Positions 1 to 21,751 of a stretch of 64,000 nt of DNA are shown here, piece by piece. Origin of the DNA: Blastocystis sp. Blastoise (lineage: Eukaryota; Protista; Bigyra: Opalinata); NCBI GenBank assembly GCA_039096225.1, contig JBBPEB010000013.1, positions 992,001 through 1,056,000 of the forward strand. Reading direction: 5' to 3'. How positions within the stretch are numbered: the first letter of the stretch is position 1; each line of letters starts with the position of its first letter. Below the pieces are notes generated by a model. That model worked only from the letters and a program-made list of their open reading frames with translations, did not search any database and was not told where the DNA came from. Both the position numbers and the translations under genes were made by a program.

Positions 1-841
1 TCTTATATGACGCCATCAAACGCTTCTCCTTCAATTATTTCTGTATGACTGGAAGGTATGCTATATTATTATATTATATTATTATTATATTATTATTATT
101 ATATTTAGATCTCACCCAGGAGGTCCTATGTTCATTAGTACGGTTAACAAGGGTACAAACAGCTGTGGATTCGGTAGAGAATTCGCAGAAAGTGTTCTTG
201 GACCTTTTATTATGATTAAAGAGCTTCTCCCTCTTATTCAGGCAGCTGATCTCCCTGGACGAATTGTCTGGAGTGTCTCCTCCTTCCTCAATCCTAACTC
301 CTTTGATTGGCATGATCCTCAACATCTCAATGGTAATGAAGCGTTCTTCAGTAATAACTACATTATTCACCTTCTTCAGCCCATGCTGAATCGAGAACTC
401 AGCAAGAGTCAAGTTCAATCTTACGAAGGATCACCTGGTCTTGTTCTCAGTAGTTTCTCTCCTGAAAATGTAGTTAAATTCTCTTCTTTATTCTATATTC
501 TATCTTATTTTGTTCCTATTATTCGTGTGTCTCCCTATTACGCTTCGCGTTGTCTTCTTCATCTCGGCACACATCGTCGTGAATATGAAAAACTGCAACT
601 CAATAAACTTTACTATATGACCAATTACTTTGGACTCAAAGAATGCACATATGTCGAAGAACCGAACTTTGCGGACTCAGCTGTCATGTACAATTGGTTG
701 GAAGATATATATAATCGTTTACGTCAGAGTAATAGTCTATTAGAAGGACGTGTGGATGCAGCTATCAACATTTCACATGAAAACAGTATGAATACTCTCC
801 ATCGAAGACATAGCTTAGGAACCTATCGACGCGCCAACTAA
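1..841 (+). CDS. 3-keto-steroid reductase (HSD17B7/ERG27)-like SDR, 5'-truncated by window edge, catalytic motif degenerate
   Basis: GT-AG intron 56-108. FAESVLGPFIMIKELLPLI..GRIVWSVSS..FDWHDPQHLNGNEAFFSNNY..LNREL..SPG parallels HSD17B7 (FETNVFGHFILIRELEPLL..LIWTSS..FSLEDFQHSKGKEPYSSSKY..LNRNF..CPG), recalled from memory. Confidence 0.65.
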
Positions 842-1591
842 ATACGCGGGAAAGAAATTCCAAAGTATAATGAAATGTTCTTTTAATGTGATTGAATTAT
901 ATTATGTAACATTTCCTTTTTTACTCTTGGTAGAATTATCTTCTTATGCTATGTTTTCAGTAATATCTGTTTATATTTATGATATGTTTCATAATCTCTC
1001 TATTACTATTGTTGTATATGTATATATATATATATATATGTCAAATGTATGTATGTTGTTAATATGTTTAGCCTTCCTCTTTTTATATTGCTTGTCTATT
1101 TATACTTATAATTCATTATGATATCATCAAGTAAAGTATTTACATTCTTCCACTCTTTCGCATTACTGTTCTATACTTATATCTTCTACTACTCTAGGCA
1201 CTGAGATTTTTCATTTTTCTCAGGAAGAATCAAGTTTTATTATTGTTTATACATATCTTTATCTATGCATTTCGTAATTTGATGTTTTATTTTTTATTTT
1301 TTTATTTTTCTTAATGGTTATAAAAAAGTTTTATTTATAAATAAGTTTTTATAAATTATTTATAAATAATACTCTATATTATTAGTTTTTTGTTCTTTTC
1401 TTATTTATTTAACAATAAACATGTTTTAAAATATTTTCTTTTTTAAATTTGTTTTTTAATAGCAAATATATACATATGAAAGTAATATGAATCATAATAA
1501 TAATTAAAATTAATTATTTAAAGAAAAAAATGATTAAAAAACATGAAATAATAAAAAAAAAGAAAAAAATAATAATTTTTTAAAAGAAGAA

Positions 1592-9703
<8,112 letters not shown>

Positions 9704-10234
9704 GAATCCTTTATTTTGTTAATTATAATATACAATGTTTTATTCAAAAAAAAAAAATCTTCTTTTTTTAAAAATCAGACTTTTTCAAACACTTTCGGCT
9801 TTTCCGTTTTTCCACTTTCTCCCTTAAGAAAAAAAAATGCCGTTTTATTTTCTTATATTATTATAAGGAAACATCTTTATATTTTATATATTAATACATA
9901 AATAAATTCATTCAAAACTAATTTCATCTATTCATTTATTTTTCAAAGACTTCTCAATGAATCTGGTTTAAAAATAATTTATTGTTAACCTATATTAACC
10001 AAATAATGAATCTCATTTTCTTAATAATATGATATTCTCATATAAATTATTCCATCATTATCTTTGTAATTAGTTTTTTTAATCTTTTTTAATAATATTA
10101 TATTTATATATTAAATCTTAATATTTGTTATGTTAATTTAGATCTATCCTAACCAATTTTTATCATTTTTTTACACATTTCATTTATAGTACTCATATAT
10201 TATTATGTTATTATATCTTATTCTATCCATAATA

Positions 10235-10316
<82 letters not shown>

Positions 10317-10439
10317 TTAATCTTAAACTTTATGACATGAATCATTTATCACATAAAATAATAATGATTTGTTTCCTAATTATCAATTATATACACAATT
10401 TTTGTTTTCCTTCAATAATTCATCGTTTCCAAATCTGAT

Positions 10440-13400
10440 ATAGGATATATTATTTAATAAATATCTAATAATCTAAGCAAAAAAATTCTTCTTTGTACTC
10501 CATTGACAATTTCAAAGCAAGCATCTTCATAACTAAATAATTATTATTCTCCATTTTACTATCCTATAAAAGTTTATTTATACTTCTTATTTTCATTGCT
10601 GCAATCATAATATTTACTTAATAAAACAAAAATATTTTGTTGAAAATAACAAATATTAGAATGACACATTTTTAGCAATTCTTTATATTCTTATACATAT
10701 TTAAGTTGCAATATAAACAATAAATTAGTGACTACAACGATATTAACATAATAGTTTGATGCCATGAAAGGTGATGTGACATTTTAATATATTATTACCA
10801 TTCATAATAATAAAAATATATAATCAATACATGATAGAATATTAGTTTTATAATTATTTTTGACACAAAAAAAACATCAAACATACTTCTAATCATTATA
10901 GCTCTCTTGTTTCTTATATTCTAAAAGAGCAACAATTTTCGTTATGCTGAGTAGTTCCACTCGTACACATCATTCGCCTTTTACTAATGATTTCCGGGAG
11001 TTCTATTCAATAAAGCTAATTCAATATATTTTGGCATCTGGTTTTGCAGATGATTATTAATTTAAAAACATACAGAAAGAAAAAATGTTATCAAAGATGA
11101 AGATTTTTATTTTTTTTATTCAAAATAACATTCATAATGTTTAATCTGGCTAATGATTTATTTAGAGATGAAGAATGTGGCTATTAAAGTTAATAAGTAA
11201 AAAAATTATTCATTCTTTAATAACAACATTGAAAAGAAAAGAAATTGTCTTCGTTAATATATTTAAACATAATATATGGGAAGAACATATAATATAGTTC
11301 GCTTTGGGATTGAAATTTCGTTATATTGATCCATTATATTTTTAGATTGATAACCAAACAGATTGGAAGAACATAAAAATAACGATAATTAAACTATTGA
11401 ACTATTTATACAAAAAAATACAGCTCAAATTCATATTCTTCGAAGAATGATATCAAAAAAATGATTAAAACGGTATGATCAACAGAAAAAGTCTTTAAAT
11501 AAGATTACAGGTCATTCACACATATAGAATATCATTTTTACCAATTCATAATTTCTTTGTTATAAACAATTAACAATCATATCAATTTAACAAATCATCT
11601 AATACAGTGAATAAGAAATTATTGAGAAATGAAATATATATATGGCAAAAGTTTTTCAATGATAATTGTATTATAATTTGGTAAAATCGTTTATTCAATA
11701 ATTCATTAATGGTGTTGACAATCCAATACTTTTTTCATATATATTATTCTAGAATACGTTTATTACATAAATATGTATATTCAACAACAATTATATATAA
11801 TAGAATAAAATACTATTTAACTTGACTTAAGAAAACGTAAAGTTATATTCATAAAAAACATAATAGGAATGTTAATGTTCAAGATAATTTGTATATCTGA
11901 GAATGGACTGTATTATTGTTTGTCGATTTGTTCATTGATATAAAAAGTTCAAAAATAATATCTTTAATATATATCCATATTGATTGCTCATGTTCTACAT
12001 ATATATATAATTATATAAAATAAAAGAATGTTACACTCAAAAAACTCAAATAATACTAGTCAAGTAGACTCTTAGGTAACCAAAAATCTTTTTTATAGAA
12101 GATTAAAAACAGGAATAAATAAAACTAAAGTATAATTAAAAATAAATTTGTATTAAGAAAAGTATCAAAAAATGTTTTAATATACAATAATAATAATTAA
12201 AAGTAAAGTATATGTATATATATCAATAAAGACAGGAGAATTATTTATATCTTATATATTAATATATATATATATATATATATAATATCTGTAATGAAAG
12301 AACAATAATAATATGCATCGTATTCCACGAAATATATTGCACTATCAGAATCTAATGTTAGATATAGCCAATTTTCATTTAATGAATAATAATATCTTTT
12401 CTACTTTAAAAAGTTCTTACTGAAGCAAATGCTATTTGAAGCTATATAGATATGAGTATAAGAGAATTCATCAATAACTTCAATAGTTATAATTTTTCAT
12501 TTGATTCATCTTTCTCTATTCTTCTGTTTTTTTCCAGCCTCCATTTCTTGTATTTATGGTTGTATTCATCATCATAAGGACTTATATATACATTTCCTTT
12601 ATTATATAATGTTTTGCTATATATATATTATTATTATTATCATTATAAATAAGCAATATATCAATAGTATTCATATATGTTATTTGAAACATTGAATATC
12701 AGGAAAAGCTTTGGTAAATCAGGAAGAAAGAATCAATTTTATTTCATCTAAATAATTATTTAATTAAGGAAATGAAAAAATTGTTAAATTCTTGTTTATT
12801 ATTAGAAATAAAAAACACAATTCCAATCATCTACTCTGAAAAACCATGTAAATTGAGTATTTATCAGATTTTCCATAATCTATATTCTCACATGATAGTG
12901 ATCGAACACTATGTGGTTATCTTCTGAGAGACATTTTCTTAGCCAAACAATCATTCTCATCCTGGAATACAAAGGAAACGTATTCTATAATTATTCTTTT
13001 TTATTATTAAACTATGTTTTATTTATTTCTTCGTCATTATTCTGTATACTCATGTTGTAATGACAAATGGTTTCTATATGATATTTCACCACAGAATATA
13101 ATATATACATACAATCCTTTTTATAATATTTTTATCAAACGAAACAGTAAACTGACATTTGAAACAAATGAAATTTTTAAACACTTTTAAAATACTAATA
13201 ACATATTTCCCAATTTTAAAACTACTCTGATAGTTTTTTTATGAACTTTATTTTGATTTTTAATATATACCACATGATCCTTCATCTACTTTTAAGATCT
13301 AATTTATCACATATATTTTAGTCTTTTTGTTATACAACAAACTACAAAAATTTGTTCAAAACAATCAAGAAACACCTAAATAAAATTTTAAATTGTTGAA

Positions 13401-13640
13401 TAAAAGAAAATGTTTATGTATTCATACTATAAAATGTTTTATAATTGTAACAAATCAAGTCGTAATAGTTTTGAAACTTTTCTATTCTTTTGGTCATAGA
13501 TTGCATATTATATTTTACTCATGTATAAATACATATATTCATCGATATACTTTAGAAAACCAAAATATAGTTCTTGATGACTTTCTATTACTTGTATAAA
13601 ACATACAAAAAAAAGCAACTCAATATGAAAAAATCGATTT
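10440..13640 (-). pseudogene. Degraded coding remnants of unassigned gene(s)
   Basis: Short exon-like, GC-richer patches on the minus strand (e.g. KRYYYSLNENWLYLTLDSDSAIYFVEYDAY near 12320-12405) broken by stops; no intact model. Confidence 0.3.
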
Positions 13641-13662
13641 ATATAAGGTATAGAGCGGTTCA

Positions 13663-13760
13663 CAAGTTGCGACAAAAGTTGCGACAAGTTGCGACAAAAG
13701 TTGCGACAAAGTTGCGACAAGTTGCGACAAAGTTGCGACAAGTTGCGACAAGTTGCGACA
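13663..13760. repeat. Subterminal (A)AGTTGCGACA(A) array at the left end of the hAT element (related units at 16455-16640)
   Basis: About 9 tandem 10-12 bp units with no spacers; typical of hAT transposase-binding arrays. Confidence 0.9.
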
Positions 13761-13858
13761 CATTTTAAACATTATTTTTATAAACAAAACAAATTTTTAA
13801 TAAAGAAAACATAAATAAAGCATATAAAATATAAATTATGAATTAATTAAGAAAAATA

Positions 13859-15940
13859 TTAATCAAGATTGATCTCTGAAACATTACTAAAAGTGGATAA
13901 ATTATCAAAAGAAATTGATAAAATATCATCAAGAGAATCAGATAAAACACTATTTGAATTGAAATTAGAATTAAATTCGTCATTTTCATTTTCATTTGAT
14001 AATATTTCATTATCATCTATGATTGTCATTGAAGAATCATCAATTGTAGTATCTATTTCATCTTCAATAATCATTGAATCATTTTGAATTGAAATAGTAT
14101 CTATTTGTGGATTCATATAGAAAAATAAATCTCTAAACAAATTATCATCAGAATAACCAAATTTCTTCTTTGTAAATAAAATATTCATAAAAGAGAAAGA
14201 TCTTTCTACACTAACAGTAGTAGAAGGTAATTGAAGAATGAAAGGAATTATTTTAGAAATAGAAGGAATTTGTTTAAGAAGAGGAAAATAGAATTTTATC
14301 ATTTGTTCTTTACTTACCATATTTTGAGGAAAACATTCATTTTATTTCTTTTCAATATCTATAAAATCTTTCATTTTTGAAACACATAATAAATAATCTT
14401 TCTTTTCTATATTTGTAAATTCAGATGAAGTGAAAGAAGGAAAAGAAGAAGACATCAAGAAAGGATTAAAATATTTTACTTCATTATAAAATATCATTTG
14501 TTTCTTATTCATTGTTTTGATTTCTTTCAATTTTAATAATGTATTCGTAAAACCTATATAATATATAATAATGAATGAATAATAAAAATTAATAAATATA
14601 CTTTTCTTATATTCTTGAATAAATGAAGAATGAACATTTGATAAATTATTTTCTTCACATATTTCATTCACTATCATAATTATATTATCTTTTGAATTCT
14701 TCAATTCTTCTTCAATTTCATCTATCAAACTAGAAACATTACAACATTGAAAATTATCATTGGATAATAATTTTAATATTTCTTCAAACATTATTCCACT
14801 CTTCAAAAGAATTGACATTTCGATTTGTAAAGAAGAAGATAATTGATTATTTTGAAGAATATTCAATATTTCTTTATCTTTTTCACTTAACATATCCAAT
14901 GTTTCTAAATATTCATAGAATGATTTCAAATATTTAAAATGTTTCAAAATATATCTTAATGATTTATACCAAGATATCCATCGTGTTTCGACATAAGAAA
15001 AGAAAGAAGAAGAAGGAATATTATTTATCTTTAAAAAGGATAACCATAAATCATTTTTCTTTCTAAAGAAACGAAATGATGAATTAATGAGATTAATAAA
15101 TGATTTAGTATTAATAAAACCATCTTTTAGTTTCTCAGCTACTAGATTAATCATATGCATAAAACATCCACAATAAATTCCATCACTAAAAATCGATTCA
15201 TAATTATTACCAGCATTTCGCATAGTATTACAGTTATCTGTGTGAAACGATTTAAATTGTTTTCTTTTAATGTTCCATTCTTCTAATGTATCTTGAATGA
15301 TAGAAAGAAAATTATTTGATTTTTGATTTTCCATTCTTTTCAAGTTTATTAAGTAGAAAGGTTCATTCAAATTGAAAGAATTCAATCTTCTTACGATTAT
15401 TGATAAATAATTAGAACCAGCATCTGAGGTAGAAGAATCACATAGAACAGCAATAGGACATTTTTCTAAACTCATTTTTACATATTGAAGACGTTCATCA
15501 TATAATTGAGGTATAATTCGTTTTTGAATAGTATTATAACAAGATATATTATTATTATTATTCATTTCAAATATATTTTTCAATTTCATTCTAAATTGAG
15601 GTTTCTTGAATTTATTAATAGGAATACATTCTTCTAAGAATAATTCTATTAATTTTTCAAATCTTATATAATTCACATTAGATTCAATAATTCTATTTTT
15701 AATATTAGTTTTCTTTACAGAAGATACAGTAGAAGACTTTTCTTTCATGAATGAATTCATATTAGAGATATGCATATCAGTATTGAGATGTTTATTAATA
15801 GAAGATAATCTTTTATGATCTACAATACAATTACAATAGATACAACGAAGATTATTATTCTTTGATATGAAACATTTCTTTTCTTCTTCATTCATACTGG
15901 ATGATAATTTTATTTTTGTTAAACGACTTATTGGATTCAT
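13859..15940 (-). pseudogene. hAT transposase with CGGBP1-like N-terminal zinc finger; one in-frame TAA
   Basis: C2H2 LRCIYCNCIVDHKRLSSINKHLNTDMH; DDE core VLCDSSTSD, HTDNCNTM, CFMH, ETRWISW, LPSTTVSVERSFS. ORFs 14342-15940 and 13859-14320 share a frame, separated by TAA 14342-14344. Probable 48-nt GT-AG intron 14554-14601. Confidence 0.88.
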
Positions 15941-17749
15941 TTTGTAGATTCTCGTTCTAACATTCTCACTTTTCTTAGTAGATGAAGACTTCTTCTTTTC
16001 TTTTCACTTTATGAGCATTAGATTGTTTCATTGTTTTTTTAACCATATCTAAAGATAATTAAGAATGTTGAATACATATATATACTTCTTTTGATTCTTA
16101 GAATGATATTTTATTGATAGAAATGAGTATTAAAGAAGACTTTATGAATAGATGAATGAATCTATATTGAAAGAACGATTTATATAGAAATATAAATTAA
16201 TGAAAATGAGATGATTTCTTTCAATTATTTATACATTTTAAAATGACTGAAAATTAATAATGTCCCGTGAATATTTCATTTTTTTGACTGTAAAAAAAAT
16301 ATTCATGATTTTTTGAAAAGTATTTTTAATGTTTTTCTTTGTTTGAATTAAGTATTTAAATAATTCTTGATGTTTATTATATTCACCACTATGAATTTCA
16401 TAAATTATCATATTTTATATAAATGTAAAATAGGTCTATATATGTTTAAATGAAAAGTTGTGACAAAGTTGTGACAAATTGCGACACTGAATTCTTTTTT
16501 TTAAACAAGTCTTAATTAGTTGCCAAATTAATAAAATAATCACGGGACTCTCGATATACTCGGGGTAAAAAAAGTTGCGACAAATTGCGACAAGTTGCGA
16601 CAAGTTGTGAAATTTGTCGCAACTCGATTTGTCGCAACTTTTGAACCGCTCTAATAAGGTATCACTTTACTTGAAAAAACATCATTCTTCATAAAATCTA
16701 CAGCATATTCATGACTTATTAGCATTATTTTGGAATTTTTTGTTATATCTAAAATAAAAAGACTACCAAAATTTTAACAACATTTTGTTTATCTTCATAT
16801 CATTCCTATGATACATAATAGTAACCTGATAATTTATTCAATCATTTTTTGAAATATAAAACGCTTTGCTAAAAGCAGAAATTGAATACATAAACAAAAA
16901 TATCATAATATTCATTTCTGTGTACTGAAAAAAAATACTATATTTAAGAAATTTCATTTTCTAACACTATTCTTCTTCTTTTTTTAAGTTTTTTTTTGTG
17001 ATTAAGTGAATTTCATCATACAATAGAAAAATTTAAAAAAATATGAAATTCTGTGAATTTCATATAATTGTTTTCTATTTCTTAATAATCGAAATTGGTT
17101 TGAACAATTTTTAAAATTAAGATTTGTTAATAAAAAACGGTTTCTATATATCTCATCAAATAAATTAATGAAAATAAGTCTATTTTAAAAGTATTTTGTA
17201 AAAAAGAAATGGAAACTATATGTTATTATTATTTTTTTTTTATTAATTTATCAACATGATGTGTTTCTCTTGTTCAGATGAATTTTGTTATTTGAATGAT
17301 AACATTTTTTATAATTTAACTAATATCGTGTTGTAACACATTTTTTTTTTAATAAAGATTGTTTTCTCAATTTTTTGGGTAACTTAATTTACTCGTAGTT
17401 TGTTTATAGTGAATTATTGAAAATATTTAAACTCTAGGAAGGTAGACTCTATTATTATGGGACGTAATTTTCCATATATAGTTATTTGACTGTTTATAAA
17501 TAAAATAGGTGCTGATATTGTTATTTTTAACTGAAAAGCGGATGATAAATTTAGAAATCAGTAATAGAAATATACTTTATCAAAATAACGCAATACCTTT
17601 ATTTTATGTGATTTGTATTTATATTAATTATTATACGTAGAAACTTATGATAAACTCTTTGATAATTTAAGATTTCTATTCTAAAAACGTTGTAGGATTT
17701 TTTAAAACAATTATTACTTATGTATTCTATCTTCTTAATTATGTATAAA

Positions 17750-18931
17750 TAGAGCAGTTCAAAAGTTGTGACAACTCGAGTTGCGACAATTTTCACAATT
17801 TTGTCGCAACTTTTTTAACCAATGAATATATCGAGAGTACCGCGATTATTTTATTAATTTGGCAACTAAAAAAGACTTGTTTAAACAAAGAATTCAGTGT
17901 CGCAATTTGTCACAACTTTGTCGCAACTTTTCATTTAAACATTTATTTAATTAATATTTTATATAATAGAATATTTCATTATAAGAATTAAGTAGTGATG
18001 AATATATATACCAAATTTCATTTTATAAAAATGAAAAGATCATATGAAATGAATTAAAGAAAGAATTCAAAATATTTTGAATAATTTTTTTCCAGTCAAA
18101 AATTTGATTTATTTACGGGATAAAACCATTTTTGACTCATTTTTGAAATTCATTTTTTTTAATGACAATTCAAATGAATTTCATTTTTATTTTCTATTAA
18201 TTATTTAATTATATTCAATTAAAATTATTATGTTTATCATGCATAGTATTTAATAATGTGAATGATTTCATTAATACATTGATTTTAAGCCATTTTGAAC
18301 TGAATTTATTTTTATCAGCTCGTCTTGTCATCTAATTAAGAATAATATATTTATAATTGATTCTTAATTATCATATAGATACATATTTACATCATAATAA
18401 TTCATTATATCATGTTTAATGAAGAATGTTAAAAATTGAATTTTGATGAAATGAAATTATTTGAATATATATGTTATCAATAGCTCATTATTAGCTCATT
18501 ATGAAGAAATGAATCATTTTAAAATATTTTTATACTTAATGAGTTCATTTTGTCTTCAATGAAGCTTTTATGACATTCAATTTTTCACTTTTTATATTTA
18601 ATAACATTATTTTGATAATATAAAAATAATATAATATTTTAAAAATCGTTAAAAGAATAAAAGAATGATTAAAATAAGTATATTTATCTAATGAATTTTT
18701 CTTATGAATTTCAAAAATTTCATTTTTTTAGTGTTTAAAACGCTTATTAAGGTTATTAAACTTATTATTAATTTATTTAAAAATTATTTATGTAATCATC
18801 ATGAAAATATCTTTATAATTATATGTTTAAATATATTATATAATAAATATATGACTTACAAATGAGATATAAAAAGTGTCACAACTGTCTTAACTTGTCT
18901 TAACTTTTGTCGCAACTTTTGAACCGCTCTA
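17750..18931 (+). mobile_element. Non-autonomous derivative of the same hAT family, opposite orientation to the 3-kb element
   Basis: Starts TAGAGCAGTTCAAAAGTTGTGACAA, with ~200-400 bp similar to the rc of 16260-16653; ends TTGTCGCAACTTTTGAACCGCTCTA; no coding capacity; flanks TGTATAAA/TCTATGAC are not a TSD. Confidence 0.85.
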
Positions 18932-19342
18932 TCTATGACATTCAATTTTTCACTTTTTATATTTAATAGCACTATTCTTATAATATAAAAATAATATAAT
19001 ATTTTAAAAATCGTTAAAAGATTGTTAAAATGATTAAAATAACGATATTTATAGAATAAATTTGACTTTAAAAATTCAATTTTTAGTGTTTAAAACGCTT
19101 ATTAAGAGTATTAAACTCATTTTTAATTTATTTAAAAATTATTTATGTAATCATCATGTAAATCTCTCTATAATTATATATATAAATTTATAAAATAATA
19201 AATATATGGCTTACAAATGAGATATAAAAAGTGTCACAACTTTGTCGCAACTTGTCACAACTTTGTCGCAACTTGTCGCAACTTTTTCGCAACTTTTGTC
19301 GCAACTTGTCGCAACTTTTGTCGCAACTTTTGAACCGCTCTA
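18932..19342 (+). mobile_element. Second, diverged right end of the non-autonomous hAT element
   Basis: Similar to 18567-18931; has a larger TTGTCGCAAC array (19230-19330) and a TIR ending at 19342. Confidence 0.85.
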
Positions 19343-20531
19343 AATATGATAAGAAAAGAGCGAAAAGACAATTTTTTTTCCTATTCTTAAACAAATATCA
19401 TATATTTATTTTAACTCTTTATTTCTTCAATTACCTTCTACTACTGTTAATGTTGAAAGATCTTTCATTTAAAAATTTTTTATATAAAAAGAATTTTTTA
19501 ATAACGAAATTTTATTTAGACAATTATCGTTTTGTAGAAATCACGAAATAGTTTCTATATCAATTTAAAAATAATTCGATTAGTGCTGAAGATGAATACA
19601 AAAACAATTGATGATTTATCTAACAACTACTGTAAATGGTGATGAATAAATATCGAATATGAAACTAGTATGTATAAGTCATTTTTCATTATTATTAATG
19701 AGTTTTAAAATTGAAATAATTTTTTCATTATTGTCCCAATTTTTTCCTTAAGAACTTAAGAACGTCTGTATTTTTTATGTGATTTTTTCACGATATTTAA
19801 AAAGCTTTTTATTGCAATTTTTAAACCATTAGTAGTGATTTTAAGATTAATCTTGATTTATTGTATTTAATATTCAATTAGTATTTTGTTTTGTATGTTT
19901 TTTATATGTTATATTTTAGTAATGTACATTTTGATTTTAAGAATAATATGAAAGGACTTATCGAATGTTGTCATAAATAATAAAAAATATCTAAAAAAAA
20001 TACAGAAAACAAAATATATAAATTGTACATAACTGGTTGCCCATCTTTTTGACAATCACAATTAATTCTTAAAACAAACACATCATAAAAAAACAATAAT
20101 TTTCTTTTTTACAACTTATAATCTACATTAACAAGTAAAGTTAAAAAACTTAAATCTATTTTTGTCTAAAAATTGATTACAATTGTTTTATATTGATTAT
20201 TCATTCCAATAGTCCATTTTTCTTGGTTCAATATTCATCATAAATATTAAGTTTCACATTTGCTTTTTTGCATTTATTTGGTCGTTAGCGTTTTGTTCTC
20301 ACTAATTTTTTAGTAAGTTTTATGGCAATCTTTGCAAATATCACAAAATGTTAGAATCTTTTGTATATGACAGCTCTATCAAATGATTAGAGGTGCTATT
20401 TTTATAAAAATCATCTCGTTTTGTTAGTTCATAAACATTATCTATGTTTTTTTTTTCAACAAAAAAAAAAAACATTTAAGCAAATAGAACAATAAATATG
20501 TTTTTTATGTAGTATAAGTGATGTTTAAAAC

Positions 20532-20746
20532 TAGAGCGGTTCAAAAGTTGCGACAAAAGTTGCGACAAAAGTTGTGACAAAGTTGTGACAAATTACAACA
20601 CTCAATTCATTTTTAAACACATATTATTTAATAGTCAATTTAATAAAATAATCGCGATACTCTCGATATATTTATTGGTTAAAAAAATTGTGACAAATTG
20701 TGAAAATTGTCGCAACTCGAATTGTCGCAACTTTTGAACTGCTCTA
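20532..20746. mobile_element. 215-bp MITE of the same hAT family
   Basis: TIRs TAGAGCGGTTCAAAAGTTGCGACAA / TTGTCGCAACTTTTGAACTGCTCTA; perfect 8-bp TSD TTTAAAAC (20524-20531, 20747-20754). Confidence 0.95.
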
Positions 20747-20875
20747 TTTAAAACAAAACAAGATTTACAATTATTAAAATTAATAAGATTCAAAATATAA
20801 AAGAAATAACTAGAGATACAAAATAAAATTATAAGAACAAATTCTAATTAGTGGTGGTTAATAATTAGAGTTTAT

Positions 20876-21375
20876 TTATAGTTTTTTTTGAGTAGAAAAC
20901 ATATCCATTACATCGTTTTTAAGTGGATCCGAAATTATTTGTCCAGTGGTGGTGTTAAACATTGGATGATAATTTTTATTCAAACGCGAAGATCTAGATC
21001 TTTGAGTCCAATTAAATGCTTTAAAGTTAATATTTACGTTGCTATTTGTATTTGTATCATTATTATTATTTGTACTTGAATTATTGTTATTTGTATTTAT
21101 ACCATTATTATTGTTATTTGAATTATTGCTATGTGTATTTGAATTATTGTTATTTGTATTTATATCATTATTATTTGTATTTATATTACTATTATTGATA
21201 TTATTCATTCTCATTGCATCAGCATTTGTGGTGAAAAACTGATTAATATTTATATTTGAAGAATTCTGTATAAAACTCGAAAGAGTTGAGTTTATTGAAT
21301 TTGTATTCATATCCATATTATTATTAGTATTATTATTATTATCAGTTTCCATATCTATATCGATTTCATTTTCCA

Positions 21376-21471
<96 letters not shown>

Positions 21472-21672
21472 CAGTTTCCATATCCATATCCATTTCATTT
21501 TCCATATTATCATTATTATTATTATCAGTATCCATATCCATATCCATTTCATTTTCCATATTATCATTATTATTATCAGTATCCATATCCATTTCAATTT
21601 CCATATTATTATTATTATTATTATCATTATTATTATTATCAGTATCCATATCCATATCCATTTCATTTTCCA

Positions 21673-21751
<79 letters not shown>

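Larger units (their letters stand above)
13651..16653 (-). mobile_element. hAT-superfamily DNA transposon, 3003 bp, full length
   Basis: TIRs TAGAGCGGTTCA(C/A)AAGTTGCGACAAA at 13651 and (rc) ending 16653; perfect 8-bp TSD ATAAGGTA (13643-13650, 16654-16661); internal transposase. Confidence 0.96.

Noticed and set aside
13663-13760. CRISPR-like or telomeric array
   Set aside because: Units are 10-12 bp with no spacers, sit inside TIRs with TSDs, and the context is eukaryotic.
13508-13768. Short ORFs with LSQLCRN/VATKLRQ repeats (also 19188-19551)
   Set aside because: Translations of hAT subterminal repeats.
14342-14344. TAA reassignment / alternative genetic code
   Set aside because: Conserved genes (eIF6, uL1, ACSL) end in TAA and have no internal stops.
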